Positions 28,881-40,161 are shown, counted from the stretch's first letter. The stretch: DNA of 64,000 nt from Alphaproteobacteria bacterium (GCA_045639065.1 JAZUCK010000016.1:7705-71704), one strand, 5' to 3'. Translations and numbers: made by a program. The notes: generated by a model not told the origin, from the letters alone.

Positions 28881-30041
28881 ATGTCGCCACTCGGAAAATT
28901 AACGTTAGCATTGATTGGTTTTAAGTTATTCGGCCTTGACGGCTTGCTTTTAGGCTTGTTTTTAGGACATATGTTTATTGATAAGACTTATGTTATCAGA
29001 AATATTGAAAAACAGATAAACAGCCTTGATGATATTATAAGAATCAAACTGCCTTATAAATACTACAAATATTATAATCGCTTAGATGGTAATATATGGG
29101 GAAAAATTTGGTGCGGTCTGCTCGGGCTTGTTTTGTTCGGCGTAATCGGATTTGCGCTGATGTTTGTTGTAGGACATATGGTTTTTGATATGCCTCAAAA
29201 TACCAAGATAAGAAAAGTTAAGAAGAAAATCGATCACTTTTTTGATAATAACTGGGGCAAGATATTAGGTGGTGTATTAGGATTTTTGTTGCATAGTGCG
29301 ATATTGATGTTTGTCGGTATAATTTTGGGATTTATAGCAGATTATCGCCGTCTTGAAGGTGCTAAACTTATGCCGTTTAATATCCTGAGAAATTATTGGC
29401 AAAAGATAAATCCGCTAAAACTTTGGCGTGATGCACAGGTCGGAGAACACAGACGCTATTTAGAGGTTATGGCGGCTTTGTCGGCATTGATTGTTGAGTC
29501 TGATGGTAAAATAAGTGACAAAGAAAGGAAAAAATTCTGTCAGGTCTTTGCGGTAAAGCCGGAGCAAAAATCATTTGTATATGAGATTTTTGAAAACAAA
29601 CAAAAACACAAGTTTTCTTTGGAAAAATATGCCGATATGTTGGAGGGGCTTACTCGACACAACGAAAGCTTAAAAGATGTTTCTGTCGAGAACTTGTTCA
29701 AAATTGCTTCTGCTGATGAAACCATAGGCGAAACAGAGATGCGATTGCTTAAAAAAGTGGCTAAAATTATCGGACTTGCCGATAGAGAGTTTGCTAGATT
29801 GAAAAAACAGTTTAAGCCGAATCCGATAAGCAAAAAACTTATGGCATCATACGATGTTTTGGGTGTTTCTTATGATGCGAGTATAGATGAAATTAAAGCA
29901 AGATGGAAAAAACTTATTGTTATTTACCATCCGGACAAATTGGCTAATGCCTCGGAAAATGAGATGAAAATTGCAACTAAAAGAATGGCCGAGATAAATT
30001 TGGCTTATCAGGAAATTGTAAAAGCAAAAGGAAAAAAATGA
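28881..30041 (+). CDS. djlA: DjlA-like membrane J-domain co-chaperone (multi-TM N-term, TerB-like middle, C-terminal J domain)
   Basis: The C-terminal J domain is YDVLGVSYDASIDEIKARWKKLIVIYHPDK. A TerB-like segment precedes it and about four TM helices lie at the N-terminus. Confidence 0.7.
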   Translation: MSPLGKLTLALIGFKLFGLDGLLLGLFLGHMFIDKTYVIRNIEKQINSLDDIIRIKLPYKYYKYYNRLDGNIWGKIWCGLLGLVLFGVIGFALMFVVGHMVFDMPQNTKIRKVKKKIDHFFDNNWGKILGGVLGFLLHSAILMFVGIILGFIADYRRLEGAKLMPFNILRNYWQKINPLKLWRDAQVGEHRRYLEVMAALSALIVESDGKISDKERKKFCQVFAVKPEQKSFVYEIFENKQKHKFSLEKYADMLEGLTRHNESLKDVSVENLFKIASADETIGETEMRLLKKVAKIIGLADREFARLKKQFKPNPISKKLMASYDVLGVSYDASIDEIKARWKKLIVIYHPDKLANASENEMKIATKRMAEINLAYQEIVKAKGKK

Positions 30042-30769
30042 GAAGAAAATTATTGCCTTATTATAGCGATAGAAAAAGCAAAATAGATATGATTGTTTTG
30101 CATTCGGTGGCGTATGACGTAGAAGAGGCAATAAAGTCTTTTTGTGATAATGAAGTGTCGTCACATTATATTATCGCCGAAGATGGCGAAATATGGCAAT
30201 TGGTTGGTGAAAAAAGACGAGCTCGACATGCAGGTGTGTCGTATTGGCAAGGAATTGAAGATATTAATTCACATTCAATAGGAATTGAGTTTTGTTCCAA
30301 AACCTTGGGACAGCAAAAATTTAAGCCGGCTCAAATAAAAGCAGGAATCAAGCTGATTAAAAGGCTGATAAAGAAATACAAAATAAGACCGGAAAATATT
30401 GTCGGACATTCTGATGTTGCTCCGACAAGAAAGGCTGATCCGGGTAAGGCTTTTTTCTGGAAGGAACTTGCTAAAGAGGGCATAGGATTTTGGTACAATT
30501 TGTCTGATGCAAAAAAAATAAATGATTTTTCGGTTGAAGAATTACTTGAGATTATCGGCTATGATACGAGTGATGTTTATGCATCGGCGTATGCTTTTTG
30601 TCGCAGATTTTTGCCGGATAAAGTGTCGGAAGTTAAAAGTGTTATCGAGCTTGTTGATAACGTCGGAAGAGCTGATGATAAATTGCTTGATGATGAAAAA
30701 TTTTTGCAAGTGTTAAAAGCTGTGGCTTACAAATATTGCAGAGAATCTAAAACGCCTTGCAAAATGTAG
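30038..30769 (+). CDS. ampD: N-acetylmuramoyl-L-alanine amidase, AmpD-like (amidase_2) with C-terminal extension
   Basis: A zinc amidase_2 motif is present (HSVA…GIEF…GHSDVAPTRKADPG). Confidence 0.7.
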   Translation: MRRKLLPYYSDRKSKIDMIVLHSVAYDVEEAIKSFCDNEVSSHYIIAEDGEIWQLVGEKRRARHAGVSYWQGIEDINSHSIGIEFCSKTLGQQKFKPAQIKAGIKLIKRLIKKYKIRPENIVGHSDVAPTRKADPGKAFFWKELAKEGIGFWYNLSDAKKINDFSVEELLEIIGYDTSDVYASAYAFCRRFLPDKVSEVKSVIELVDNVGRADDKLLDDEKFLQVLKAVAYKYCRESKTPCKM

Positions 30770-31185
30770 GCAGCTGCTGAGGCGTCTAAAGTTTCTTTTC
30801 TTTTGGAACGAGACATATCTACTTCTTTGATTAAGAAATTTTCAACGGCACGAGATGACAATCTTTCGTCCCAAAAGGCATAGGGTAAAGGAATATGTTT
30901 AGCAAGTTTATCGGCGAATTCTTTGACCTTTTCGGTAGTTTTTCCTTCACTTCCGTCCATTTGAAGCGGTAAACCGTAAACAATAGACCCGACTTCTTTT
31001 TCTTCGATAATTTGCTTGATTTGAGAGAGGTCTTTGTCAAAGGTTGAACGGTATATTATCTTTAGCGGATTGGCTGTCATAAGCAGTAAATCGGATACAG
31101 CAACACCCAATCGTTTTTCGCCATAATCAAAGGCTAAAATCGAACGTCCTTTAGGTAATTGTGTTTTTAATTCTCTTATTTCCAT
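30727..31185 (-). CDS. ruvX: Holliday-junction resolvase-like YqgF/RuvX
   Basis: The N-terminal motif ILAFDYGEKRLGVAVSD is present. 152 aa. Confidence 0.8.
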   Translation of the reverse strand: MEIRELKTQLPKGRSILAFDYGEKRLGVAVSDLLLMTANPLKIIYRSTFDKDLSQIKQIIEEKEVGSIVYGLPLQMDGSEGKTTEKVKEFADKLAKHIPLPYAFWDERLSSRAVENFLIKEVDMSRSKRKETLDASAAAYILQGVLDSLQYL

Positions 31186-31313
31186 AAAAATAAGATTATG
31201 AAAATAATGAAATTTGTCAAGAAAGATAATAAATTTAACGCGAATACTAATTGAATTTTAACCAAAATAATTTAGAATCCGACTAAAAGTGTCAGATTGA
31301 GAGGTTTTTGCCG

Positions 31314-32630
31314 ATGAAATTAAAATTTTTTGTATGCTTGTTTGCCAGTTTGATTAGCTTTGGTGTTGCAAAGGCTGAGTTGGCTATTGATGTTAGCGGC
31401 GCAATGCGTGATCCGATGCCTATTGCCATACCAAGCATTATTCATGACGGATTTTTTATCGGTCAACAAGGCGATAAAATTTTAGATGTTGTTCAGGCCG
31501 ATTTAGAGCGTTCCGGTTTGTTTGAGGTTATTGACAAAGACAGCTATATCCAAGAGTTTTCCTCAATGGAACAAGAACCTGAATTTTTGGATTGGAAAGC
31601 AATAAAAGCTCAAGCCCTTATTCAAAGCGAAATAGAAGAAGTTGATGCAAATACTATTAAAGTTTCGTTCAGATTGTGGGATGTTTATGCCGAAAATCAA
31701 ATGGAAGGACAGTCTTTTACAACAACCAAGGATAATTGGCGCAGAATTGCTCATGTGATTTCTGATGCAATATATGAAAGATTGACAGGCGAAAAAGGAT
31801 ATTTTGATACAAGAATTGTTTATGTTTCGGAATCCGGTCCGGCAACAAAAAGAATTAAACGTTTGGCAATTATGGATCAAGATGGCGAAAATCACAAATT
31901 TTTAACTAATGGTGCGGCAATGGCTCTAACGCCTCGTTTTTCACCTAATCTACAAAAAATTACTTATATGTCTTATGCCGGAAATATTCCGAGAGTTTAT
32001 ATCTTAGATATTGAAACCGGCGAGCAGGAAGTTTTAGGCGATTTTCCGGGAATGACTTTTGCTCCTCGTTTTTCACCGGACAGTGATAAGGTTTTGTTAT
32101 CTTACGCCAGCAACGGAAAAAGTGATATTTATGAAATGGATTTGAAAAATAAAAAGAAAAAGAGATTAACTTATAGCGGTGCAATTGATACTTCGCCAAG
32201 TTATTCGCCTGATGGCAGTAAGATTGTTTTCAATTCGGACAGAGGTGGAAATCAACAGCTTTATGTAATGGATGCCGACGGCTCAAATGTTAAAAGAATA
32301 AGTTTCGGTAATGGCCGTTATGCAACACCGGTTTGGTCGCCACGAGGGGATTATATTGCTTTTACTAAAATGGCAGGAGGACAATTTTATATCGGTGTTA
32401 TGTATCCTGACGGAACAGGAGAACGTGTGTTGGCTTCGGGATATTTGGTTGAAGGACCTACTTGGTCCCCCAATGGTCGTGTCTTGATTTATTTTAGACA
32501 GGATAAAGGTCGAGGAAGGGCAACTCCACCGGTTAAATTATATTCAATAGATTTGACAGGGTATAATGAAAGACAAATTATTACACCTGCCGACGCATCT
32601 GATCCGGCATGGTCGCCGTTGTTACCTTAA
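31314..32630 (+). CDS. tolB: TolB periplasmic beta-propeller protein
   Basis: A signal peptide and N-terminal TolB domain are followed by repeated SP(D/R)G beta-propeller blades (FSPDG, YSPDGSK, WSPRGD, WSPNG). Confidence 0.85.
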   Translation: MKLKFFVCLFASLISFGVAKAELAIDVSGAMRDPMPIAIPSIIHDGFFIGQQGDKILDVVQADLERSGLFEVIDKDSYIQEFSSMEQEPEFLDWKAIKAQALIQSEIEEVDANTIKVSFRLWDVYAENQMEGQSFTTTKDNWRRIAHVISDAIYERLTGEKGYFDTRIVYVSESGPATKRIKRLAIMDQDGENHKFLTNGAAMALTPRFSPNLQKITYMSYAGNIPRVYILDIETGEQEVLGDFPGMTFAPRFSPDSDKVLLSYASNGKSDIYEMDLKNKKKKRLTYSGAIDTSPSYSPDGSKIVFNSDRGGNQQLYVMDADGSNVKRISFGNGRYATPVWSPRGDYIAFTKMAGGQFYIGVMYPDGTGERVLASGYLVEGPTWSPNGRVLIYFRQDKGRGRATPPVKLYSIDLTGYNERQIITPADASDPAWSPLLP

Positions 32631-32635
32631 TAAAA

Positions 32636-32666
32636 AGGCCCCGAGTTTGTCGGGGCTTTTTTTTAA
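32636..32666. terminator. bidirectional terminator (ggccccgag tttg tcggggcc) shared by tolB and deoA
   Basis: A GC-rich 9-bp stem with a T8 run on + and an A-run on -. Confidence 0.75.
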
Positions 32667-33973
32667 GATATTTTTTTAATAATACAGCGCGAAGGATAAG
32701 GAGCTTTATCTGATATGGTTATAAGCTCACGCAAACTTTCTTCGGCTCGTTTGAATTGTTCTTCGGTTTGGGCATGGACTATTGCCAAAGGTGTTTTTTT
32801 GTTTACAGTATCACCAATCTGACAAAATTCGGAATAACCGGTTGCATAATCAAGTTTTTGTTCAGGCGTAGTTCTGCCACCTTTTAATTCGATAATGCTT
32901 AAACCGATGCCGCGTGTATCCATAGAGTATACAATACCAGTTGTTTTGGCGTATACAGGGCGAACAATATTGGCTTTTGGCAAGTATTTCCAAGGATCTT
33001 CGCAAAAATCCTTCGGCCCGCCCAAATGGGTAACCATGTCTTGAAATTTTTGGAGAGCAAGTCCAGAATCCAAAGCATCTTGAAGTTTTTCTTTTGCTTG
33101 TTCTAACGTGTCTGCCAATTTTGCCGAAACAAGAAGTTCACCACATAATTCTAAGTTTATTTCGTGCATACGGGCATCAATATTTTGACCCTTTAAGTAG
33201 TCTACTGCTTCGGCAACTTCTAGGGCATTACCTACGTTATGTCCCAAAACCTGATTCATATCAGTTATTACGGCTTTGGTTTTAGTGCCGGCTGCATCGG
33301 CTACTCGAACAATAGATGTTGCAAGTTCTTCGGCACGTTCCAAGGAATCCATAAAAGCGCCGTTACCACATTTTAGGTCCATGACCAAACAATCTAATCC
33401 GGCAGCAAGTTTTTTTGATAAGATTGAGGCGGTAATCAAATCAACAGATTCAACAGTGGCGCAAACGTCGCGTATGGCATATATTTTTTTATCGGCAGGA
33501 GCAAGGTTTCCGGTTTGTCCGATAATGGCGCAACCGACTTCTTTGACTGTCTTTTTGAATAGTTCGTTACTCGGTTGTGTTTGATAACCGGGAATTGAGT
33601 CAAACTTGTCTAATGTTCCGCCGGTGTGTCCTAAGCCTCGTCCGGAAATCATCGGACAATATCCGCCACAAGCGGCGAGCATTGGCGCTAACATCAAGCT
33701 TATTTTGTCGCCGACACCGCCTGAAGAGTGTTTGTCGATGATAGGGCCATCTATATCGTCCCAGTTCAAAACATCACCGGAATCGCGCATTGCCATCGTT
33801 AGTGCAGCGGTCTCTTCTTTGGTCATTTTGTTTAAGAAAATAGCCATGGTTAAAGCTGCAACTTGAGCATCAACAATGCTTCCGTCAGTTACACCTTTGA
33901 TAAACTCATTTATCTCTTCGGTGCTTAAAGCTTGGTTGTTGCGTTTTTTTCTGATAATTTCTTGAGGAAGCAT
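32663..33973 (-). CDS. deoA: thymidine/pyrimidine-nucleoside phosphorylase
   Basis: The HSSGGVGDK phosphate-binding motif and the glycosyltransferase family 3 fold are present. 436 aa. Confidence 0.85.
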   Translation of the reverse strand: MLPQEIIRKKRNNQALSTEEINEFIKGVTDGSIVDAQVAALTMAIFLNKMTKEETAALTMAMRDSGDVLNWDDIDGPIIDKHSSGGVGDKISLMLAPMLAACGGYCPMISGRGLGHTGGTLDKFDSIPGYQTQPSNELFKKTVKEVGCAIIGQTGNLAPADKKIYAIRDVCATVESVDLITASILSKKLAAGLDCLVMDLKCGNGAFMDSLERAEELATSIVRVADAAGTKTKAVITDMNQVLGHNVGNALEVAEAVDYLKGQNIDARMHEINLELCGELLVSAKLADTLEQAKEKLQDALDSGLALQKFQDMVTHLGGPKDFCEDPWKYLPKANIVRPVYAKTTGIVYSMDTRGIGLSIIELKGGRTTPEQKLDYATGYSEFCQIGDTVNKKTPLAIVHAQTEEQFKRAEESLRELITISDKAPYPSRCIIKKIS

Positions 33974-33974
33974 T

Positions 33975-34709
33975 TTAATATCCTTGTTCTATGGTTTTTA
34001 TTAAATCATTTAACAGTGAACTAGCACCAATTCTAAAGGTTGATGGGCTAATCCACTCGTTGCCCATAATTGATTGAGCTAAAGTTAGATATGCTTTAGC
34101 ATCATACAGTGTTTTTATGCCACCTGATGCCTTAAATCCGATAGTAGTTTTACCACTTTGAGCAATTGTTTCTAAAATAGCATTAGCGGCTTCGGGTGTT
34201 GCAGAAACAGGTGTTTTTCCTGTTGAGGTTTTTACAAAATCGGCTTTTGCATCAATACAAAGTTGAGTAGCTTCTTTTATAGCTAGAACATCTTTAAGTT
34301 CGCCGCTCTCGATAATTATTTTTAATATTTTGTCTTGGCAGGTTTCACGAGCAATATCTAAATATTCTTTGCAAAAAGCTGTATCGCCGGCCAAAAAAGA
34401 TTTGTAAGGCAAAACGACGTCCAACTCGTCAGCGCCGGAAGATATCGCAGATATTATTTCTTTTTCCAGAAGTGTGTTATTGGCAACTCCGTCAGGAAAG
34501 TTTACTACAGTTGCGACTTTGAAATCATTGGGCAAAATGCTTTTGGCATATGAAATAAATTTGGGATAGATACAAACAGATGCCGTATTTCCATATTTTC
34601 CGACAGCCTTTTGGCAAAGAGTTGCTACGGTTTCATTAGTGTCACTATCGTTTAATGTTGTTAAATCGAGTAGCCCTATCAGCTTTTTTGCACTTTCTAC
34701 ATTATCCAT
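33975..34709 (-). CDS. deoC: deoxyribose-phosphate aldolase
   Basis: A class I aldolase DeoC pattern (…ADFVKTSTG…) in the 244-aa range, sitting in the operon position. Confidence 0.8.
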   Translation of the reverse strand: MDNVESAKKLIGLLDLTTLNDSDTNETVATLCQKAVGKYGNTASVCIYPKFISYAKSILPNDFKVATVVNFPDGVANNTLLEKEIISAISSGADELDVVLPYKSFLAGDTAFCKEYLDIARETCQDKILKIIIESGELKDVLAIKEATQLCIDAKADFVKTSTGKTPVSATPEAANAILETIAQSGKTTIGFKASGGIKTLYDAKAYLTLAQSIMGNEWISPSTFRIGASSLLNDLIKTIEQGY

Positions 34710-34714
34710 TATGC

Positions 34715-35530
34715 TTATATCCTTTCGAAAAGTTTATCTAACAGAACGGCTAAATTTGAAGCCGCTTTATTAGCCATAGCCAATGTTTCATCATGTGATT
34801 GGGTAGATGTTTGCAAACCCGTTCCCATGTTGGTTATTACGGAAAAGCCGACAGTCTTTATACCGCAGTATGAGGCGGATATAACTTCCGGAACTGTTGA
34901 CATACCGACGGCATCAGCTCCTAAAAGACCAAAAGTTTTGACCTCGGCGGCTGTTTCAAAGTTTGGTCCGGATACCATTAAGTAAACGCCTTTTTCGATA
35001 TTGATGTTTTCTTCTTTTGCAATATCAGCGGCAATTTTTTGCAAGTCTTTGTCATAAGCATTGCTCATATCGGGAAAACGAGGGCCAAAGCTATCATCAT
35101 TTGGGCCGATAAGCGGATTGGTAAAGCTTAGGTTTATATGGTCGGTAATCATCATAATTGAGCCGGCTTTAATTTTAGGGTTGAGTGATCCGGCAGCATT
35201 GGTTACAACCAATTTTTTTACACCCAAGAGCTTAAAAGTTTTGATTATTCGGCAAATGTCCTGAGGATTGTGTCCTTCGTATAGATGAATTCGACCTTGC
35301 ATGCAAATTACATTTTTACCGTTAAGGTTTCCGCAGACAAATTGTCCTTTGTGTCCTTGAACAGTGCTTTGCGGAAAACCTTGTATATCGGCATATTTGA
35401 CAATTTTAGGATTTTGTATCTTATCGGCAAGAGCACCAAGACCGGAGCCCAAAATTAAAGCTGCTTCCGGTTTGAAGTCGTTGGTTAACTCTTGAAGTTG
35501 TTTACAAAATGAGTGGCATAACTGTGTCAT
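34715..35530 (-). CDS. punA: purine nucleoside phosphorylase (PNP-I/PunA trimeric family)
   Basis: It has ALILGSGLG, the VGMSTVPE motif and the C-terminal HDE pattern. Confidence 0.8.
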   Translation of the reverse strand: MTQLCHSFCKQLQELTNDFKPEAALILGSGLGALADKIQNPKIVKYADIQGFPQSTVQGHKGQFVCGNLNGKNVICMQGRIHLYEGHNPQDICRIIKTFKLLGVKKLVVTNAAGSLNPKIKAGSIMMITDHINLSFTNPLIGPNDDSFGPRFPDMSNAYDKDLQKIAADIAKEENINIEKGVYLMVSGPNFETAAEVKTFGLLGADAVGMSTVPEVISASYCGIKTVGFSVITNMGTGLQTSTQSHDETLAMANKAASNLAVLLDKLFERI

Positions 35531-35922
35531 TATTTGAAATCCTTAAATGAGTGAGGCAATAATTCAGCAATGGTAAAAGTTTGCTTTACACCTTCATCAT
35601 CGGCCAGATGAACAAGTGTGCTGTCGTCAGCAAATTCGGCGATACGTTGGCGACAAGCACCGCAAGGGCTAATAAGTTTGTTTGATGAGGCATATATCAA
35701 AATTTCTTTTATTATCTTATCACCGCCGGCAATCATGGCTGATATAGCTCCGGCTTCGGCACAGGTTCCGATAGGATAGGAAATATTTTCGACATTGCAC
35801 CCATAATAATATTTGCTGGAATCGCTTAAAATTGCGGCACCGACATGAAAATTTGAGTATGGTGCATAGGCTTTTATAGATGCTGATTTTGCAAGGTCTA
35901 ACAGTTTATTTGTGTTATTCAT
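35530..35922 (-). CDS. cdd: cytidine deaminase
   Basis: Zinc motifs CAEAGA and PCGACRQ are present. 130 aa. Confidence 0.85.
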   Translation of the reverse strand: MNNTNKLLDLAKSASIKAYAPYSNFHVGAAILSDSSKYYYGCNVENISYPIGTCAEAGAISAMIAGGDKIIKEILIYASSNKLISPCGACRQRIAEFADDSTLVHLADDEGVKQTFTIAELLPHSFKDFK

Positions 35923-36045
35923 GTCTATAACCTTATAATTTAAATGTTTTTTTAATTTTATGTATTATAATAACCTTAGATTATTATAAAAGTAAAGATT
36001 ATTTGCTCTTAATACAACAGCTATTTTGTCTTTTTTGATAAGGGG

Positions 36046-39000
36046 TTGAGAAAAGTGAAAAAAGTTATTATCGGTGTTATATTGGCTTTGGTTTTGGCTA
36101 TCGGCGGAACATTTATTTATGTAATCAGTATTGACTGGAATCAGCATAAAGACAAAATATCTCAGCAGTTTTATAACTCAACCGGTAAACATATTACTTT
36201 TGTCGGAAATGTGAGTTTTAAAATTTTTCCAAAACCATATTTGAATGCAATTAATGCTAAAATATACAATTCCAATAACAAAAACGAAAAACCTCTGCTT
36301 GATATTAAAAATATCAATGCGGAATTGGATTTAATTCCGTTGCTTAAGGGTGAAGTTAATATAAATAAGATGGTTTTAGATGGTGTTACCATCAATATAA
36401 ACTGGGACAATAAAGGGTTAAATTGGCAAGGTGATTTAAGTGCTGATCAAAGACAGATGATGGAAGATACCAAAATGGTATTGAACAGTGTGTCTTTGAA
36501 GAATGCAAAAGTTAATTTTGAGGCTGACGGAGGCAATGTTAACTTTAGTCTTGATAATCTTAGTGGAGAAGTTATGGCCCAAAGTGTTTTCGGTCCTTTT
36601 AGAATTGAAGGTAATTATTTAAAATCTAATGATCCACAGGGGTTTGCAATTACAATCGGAAAAATTGAGGATAGTATGGCAACAACATTAAATGCCGTAT
36701 TTACTCATCCCAAATCCAGCAGTTACGTCAGATTTGACGGATCTTTTCAGCTATCAAACAGGGTCTTGAACGGAAATGTAGTTGTAGAATCACAAAAATT
36801 AAGTGATTTTGTTAACGATAATACCGATAAAGTAAAGCTTGATAATAAGTATAATAAACCGATTGTCGCAGGGTTTGATGTTGCACTTAATAAACAAATG
36901 ATTAATCTTAGCAATATTGTCGTAAAATACGAAGATACGCAAGGCGCAGGTACAATCCAAATACCAAATACGAATCTTGAAACGCCCCATGTTAAGGCTA
37001 GTTTTGAGTTTGCAGATTTAGATTTGAATCCGTTTGTTGATTATGTGAAGGGGTTTGTTAAAAAATATTCGGAAGAGCCTTTTGTATCAACTGCAAAGAT
37101 GAAATTTTCGGGTGATATAAAGTCGATAAGGGCTTCTTATGATAATCAGCTTTTTAAGAATTTGACAACTTCGTTTGAGATAAATGATAAAGGTGTCATA
37201 TTAGACGGGTTGAGTATAATATTGCCGGGAAATGCTCAGTTTGATATGAAGGGTAATATGTATCCTTATGATAATGAATTATATTATCAGGCAGATGTTT
37301 CTCTTAGTACCGAAGAGCTTATGCGCTTGCTTAAATGGCTTAAAATTGAGCCTAAGGCAACAGCTGCTTCTGTTTACAAAAAGATGCTGTTGACGGCAAA
37401 ATTGTCAGGTAATTTTGATAAAGTTCAAGTTACACCATTTAAGATTGTTTTGGATAATACAACGTTTAATGGTGATGCAGGATTGGTGTTGGGTGATAGA
37501 AAAGATATAATGCTCAACGTGAACGCCAATACACTTAATTTTGATAATTATATAAATTCAATCCCTGAAGAAATTAAAGTTAAGAATTTTGCTGAAAGGA
37601 TGAATTATCGTTTTTCAAAATTAGGAATGTTAAATGATTTTGATATGGTTCTTAATGCTGATGCCAATTTGGTTATTTATGAAAATCTACCGTTCGAAAA
37701 GGTAAAATTTAAAGGTAATATTTTACAGGGCAACATGGAAATAGATACTTTAACGGTTGAAAAAGTTGCTAATACAAGTCTTGATCTTAGTGGTAAAATA
37801 AGTGGTCTAGGCAGTAAACCGAATTTTGAAAATATGCAATATAGTGTTGAGACGCAAGATGTTGTTAATATGATTGAGAAATTCGGTCTTTATAAACCGG
37901 AAGTAGATTATAACAAATTTAGAGACTTGATAGCCAACGGAACACTGAATGGTGAGTTGGATAATTTTGGTATAAATACTCAATTTACATCAGGGGATTT
38001 AACAGTCAATTATGTCGGTTCGGTTGCTTTGGGCGATAAGATGAGTTTTGATGGTGGTTTGGAGGTGAAACACCCTGAAACCGTTACTTTAATGGAATCT
38101 GTCGGATTAAGTTACGAGCCGCAAGCTTCAAATTTGGGAATGTTTAGACTTAAGTCCAATATAAAAGGTAGTGTTGATAATCTTAATTTATCATCAATGG
38201 AATTAAATGCAGGGTATTCTAAATTTGATGGTAATGCATCTTATGATTTTAGAGGTACAAACAAAATTGCAAATGCAAATCTTAAGGTTAATAAGCTCGA
38301 AATAGAAAAATATTTGGTTAAAAATGATGACAAATTGCCTATAGGGGCAAAAATTGAGGGGGGAATAGCATCGTTTTTGAGTAAGCCGGCATGGAGTAAA
38401 GAAAAAATAAATTATACACCTTATGCGGATTGGGAATTTAAAGGTAAATTTGATGTTGCTGATTTGAGCTATAAAAATGAAATATTTGAAAAAGCGAAGT
38501 TTGATTTAGAAGTAAGCAAAGGAAGCGCAAATCTTTCTAATTTTGAAGCAGTGTATAAAAATACGCCGATTAAAGCAACTGCCATATTAAATATGCGTGA
38601 TGAGCCGAATGTCAATGTGGTCGTTGATATGCCGGAAGCAAATGTTTCTGATTTTTCGCTCGGGGGCAGAACATACAGTCTTAAAGAAGGAAATTTTAAG
38701 GCGTCGATTAACCTTAATTCAAAAGCAACAAGCGAGGATGATTTTGTTAATAATCTTAATGGTGTTGTTGATTTCGAAGCAAATAAGACCAGAGTGTTCG
38801 GAATGAATGTTAAGGCAATTTATGATGATGTTATTAAAAGAGATAAATCAGATGGATTGACTGAGTTTGCGAATGCACAAATTGCCAACGGGGTAACCGA
38901 ATTTGATAAGGTAAAAGGCAAACTTAATATTACCAATGGTGATTTTAAGATTGTTGACGGACAGCTAAGCGCTAACAATACAAAAGTTAGCGCAAGTGGC

Positions 39001-40161
39001 GATGGTAGTATAAAAAATTGGACTATAAATGCTTTGCTTGATATAAAGCATGATGAACCTAAATATCTTCAAAATTATACCATATCAATGAAAAATGCTA
39101 TGGATAATCCGGATGTAGAGATAGATGTATCAAAACTGTTTAATATCTTCAAAGCCAGAGAAGATCAAAAAGAGGCTGAGGCAAAGGCTTTGGTTGAGGC
39201 TGAAAAAATGCTTTTAACCGAACAAGTTGATGAACAAAAGAAAATTGCTGAGGGTTTGGTCAAAACCACCAGAGATAAGATGACCGCAGAAATTGATGAT
39301 AAAATTAAAAATGCATATAGTAATGAAGCGATAAAATCTTATGAAGAAATAAAAGTAGAGTTAAATAACTTTTTGACATCATTCTTAGACAGCGCCTTAG
39401 TTGTTAATAGCGATGAGGCAACAAAAGAGCAAATATCGATGCTTAAGGAAGTTAATAAAAAAGCACTTCAAGATATTGAGATTTTGCGTAATAAAAGCAG
39501 TCAGATTCATCTTATTGATTTGCAAAAACAAAACTCTGATGAGTATGAAAAAATAGTCAAGGTAAATGACGAGTTGAAACAGATTATTGCCGGTTACAAT
39601 GCAAATAATGCAACATATGAATCGAGATTGGCCGCTATTATTACAGACTATACTTTGGTTGGTGATAGTATTTATGTTGAATCTAAAAAGCAAATAGATT
39701 CAAAAATAAATGAATTAGAGGCTCTTAATAATGATATTGTAACAGCTCGTAATTTACAACAAGCTAATGGTACGGCCGATGAATATATAGAATTAAATGC
39801 TAAGATGAGTGAAGTGTTGGGTAAAATTACAACAGGAAAAGATGATCTTGAGGCTAAGGTAAAAGAGTTTGACAAGCTTATGGAACCGATTGTAAAACGA
39901 GAAGAAGATTTGTATCAATCCAAATTAGAGGAAGAAGAAAATCAACGCCTTATTAAAGAAAATACCGGTAGTATCTCGGTTAAGAAAACAGGTAAGAGAG
40001 TAACTGTTAAGCGCGATATTGAAGAGATTAAAGAGGCAAATGAAGAAATAAGCAATGACGAGGTTAAAGTAATTGATTTTACTAAGAAAAAAACTTCGGA
40101 AGATAAGTCTTCTGCGCAAAGTTCTAAAGGGGTTATAAAAAAAGGATACATTAACCGCTAA
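36046..40161 (+). CDS. giant AsmA-family outer-membrane biogenesis protein with long C-terminal coiled-coil/acidic region
   Basis: An N-terminal TM anchor plus AsmA-like beta-rich region runs ~1000 aa. The C-terminal ~350 aa are coiled-coil/KE-rich. The start codon is uncertain (TTG 36046 or GTG 36055). Confidence 0.65.
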   Translation: MRKVKKVIIGVILALVLAIGGTFIYVISIDWNQHKDKISQQFYNSTGKHITFVGNVSFKIFPKPYLNAINAKIYNSNNKNEKPLLDIKNINAELDLIPLLKGEVNINKMVLDGVTININWDNKGLNWQGDLSADQRQMMEDTKMVLNSVSLKNAKVNFEADGGNVNFSLDNLSGEVMAQSVFGPFRIEGNYLKSNDPQGFAITIGKIEDSMATTLNAVFTHPKSSSYVRFDGSFQLSNRVLNGNVVVESQKLSDFVNDNTDKVKLDNKYNKPIVAGFDVALNKQMINLSNIVVKYEDTQGAGTIQIPNTNLETPHVKASFEFADLDLNPFVDYVKGFVKKYSEEPFVSTAKMKFSGDIKSIRASYDNQLFKNLTTSFEINDKGVILDGLSIILPGNAQFDMKGNMYPYDNELYYQADVSLSTEELMRLLKWLKIEPKATAASVYKKMLLTAKLSGNFDKVQVTPFKIVLDNTTFNGDAGLVLGDRKDIMLNVNANTLNFDNYINSIPEEIKVKNFAERMNYRFSKLGMLNDFDMVLNADANLVIYENLPFEKVKFKGNILQGNMEIDTLTVEKVANTSLDLSGKISGLGSKPNFENMQYSVETQDVVNMIEKFGLYKPEVDYNKFRDLIANGTLNGELDNFGINTQFTSGDLTVNYVGSVALGDKMSFDGGLEVKHPETVTLMESVGLSYEPQASNLGMFRLKSNIKGSVDNLNLSSMELNAGYSKFDGNASYDFRGTNKIANANLKVNKLEIEKYLVKNDDKLPIGAKIEGGIASFLSKPAWSKEKINYTPYADWEFKGKFDVADLSYKNEIFEKAKFDLEVSKGSANLSNFEAVYKNTPIKATAILNMRDEPNVNVVVDMPEANVSDFSLGGRTYSLKEGNFKASINLNSKATSEDDFVNNLNGVVDFEANKTRVFGMNVKAIYDDVIKRDKSDGLTEFANAQIANGVTEFDKVKGKLNITNGDFKIVDGQLSANNTKVSASGDGSIKNWTINALLDIKHDEPKYLQNYTISMKNAMDNPDVEIDVSKLFNIFKAREDQKEAEAKALVEAEKMLLTEQVDEQKKIAEGLVKTTRDKMTAEIDDKIKNAYSNEAIKSYEEIKVELNNFLTSFLDSALVVNSDEATKEQISMLKEVNKKALQDIEILRNKSSQIHLIDLQKQNSDEYEKIVKVNDELKQIIAGYNANNATYESRLAAIITDYTLVGDSIYVESKKQIDSKINELEALNNDIVTARNLQQANGTADEYIELNAKMSEVLGKITTGKDDLEAKVKEFDKLMEPIVKREEDLYQSKLEEEENQRLIKENTGSISVKKTGKRVTVKRDIEEIKEANEEISNDEVKVIDFTKKKTSEDKSSAQSSKGVIKKGYINR

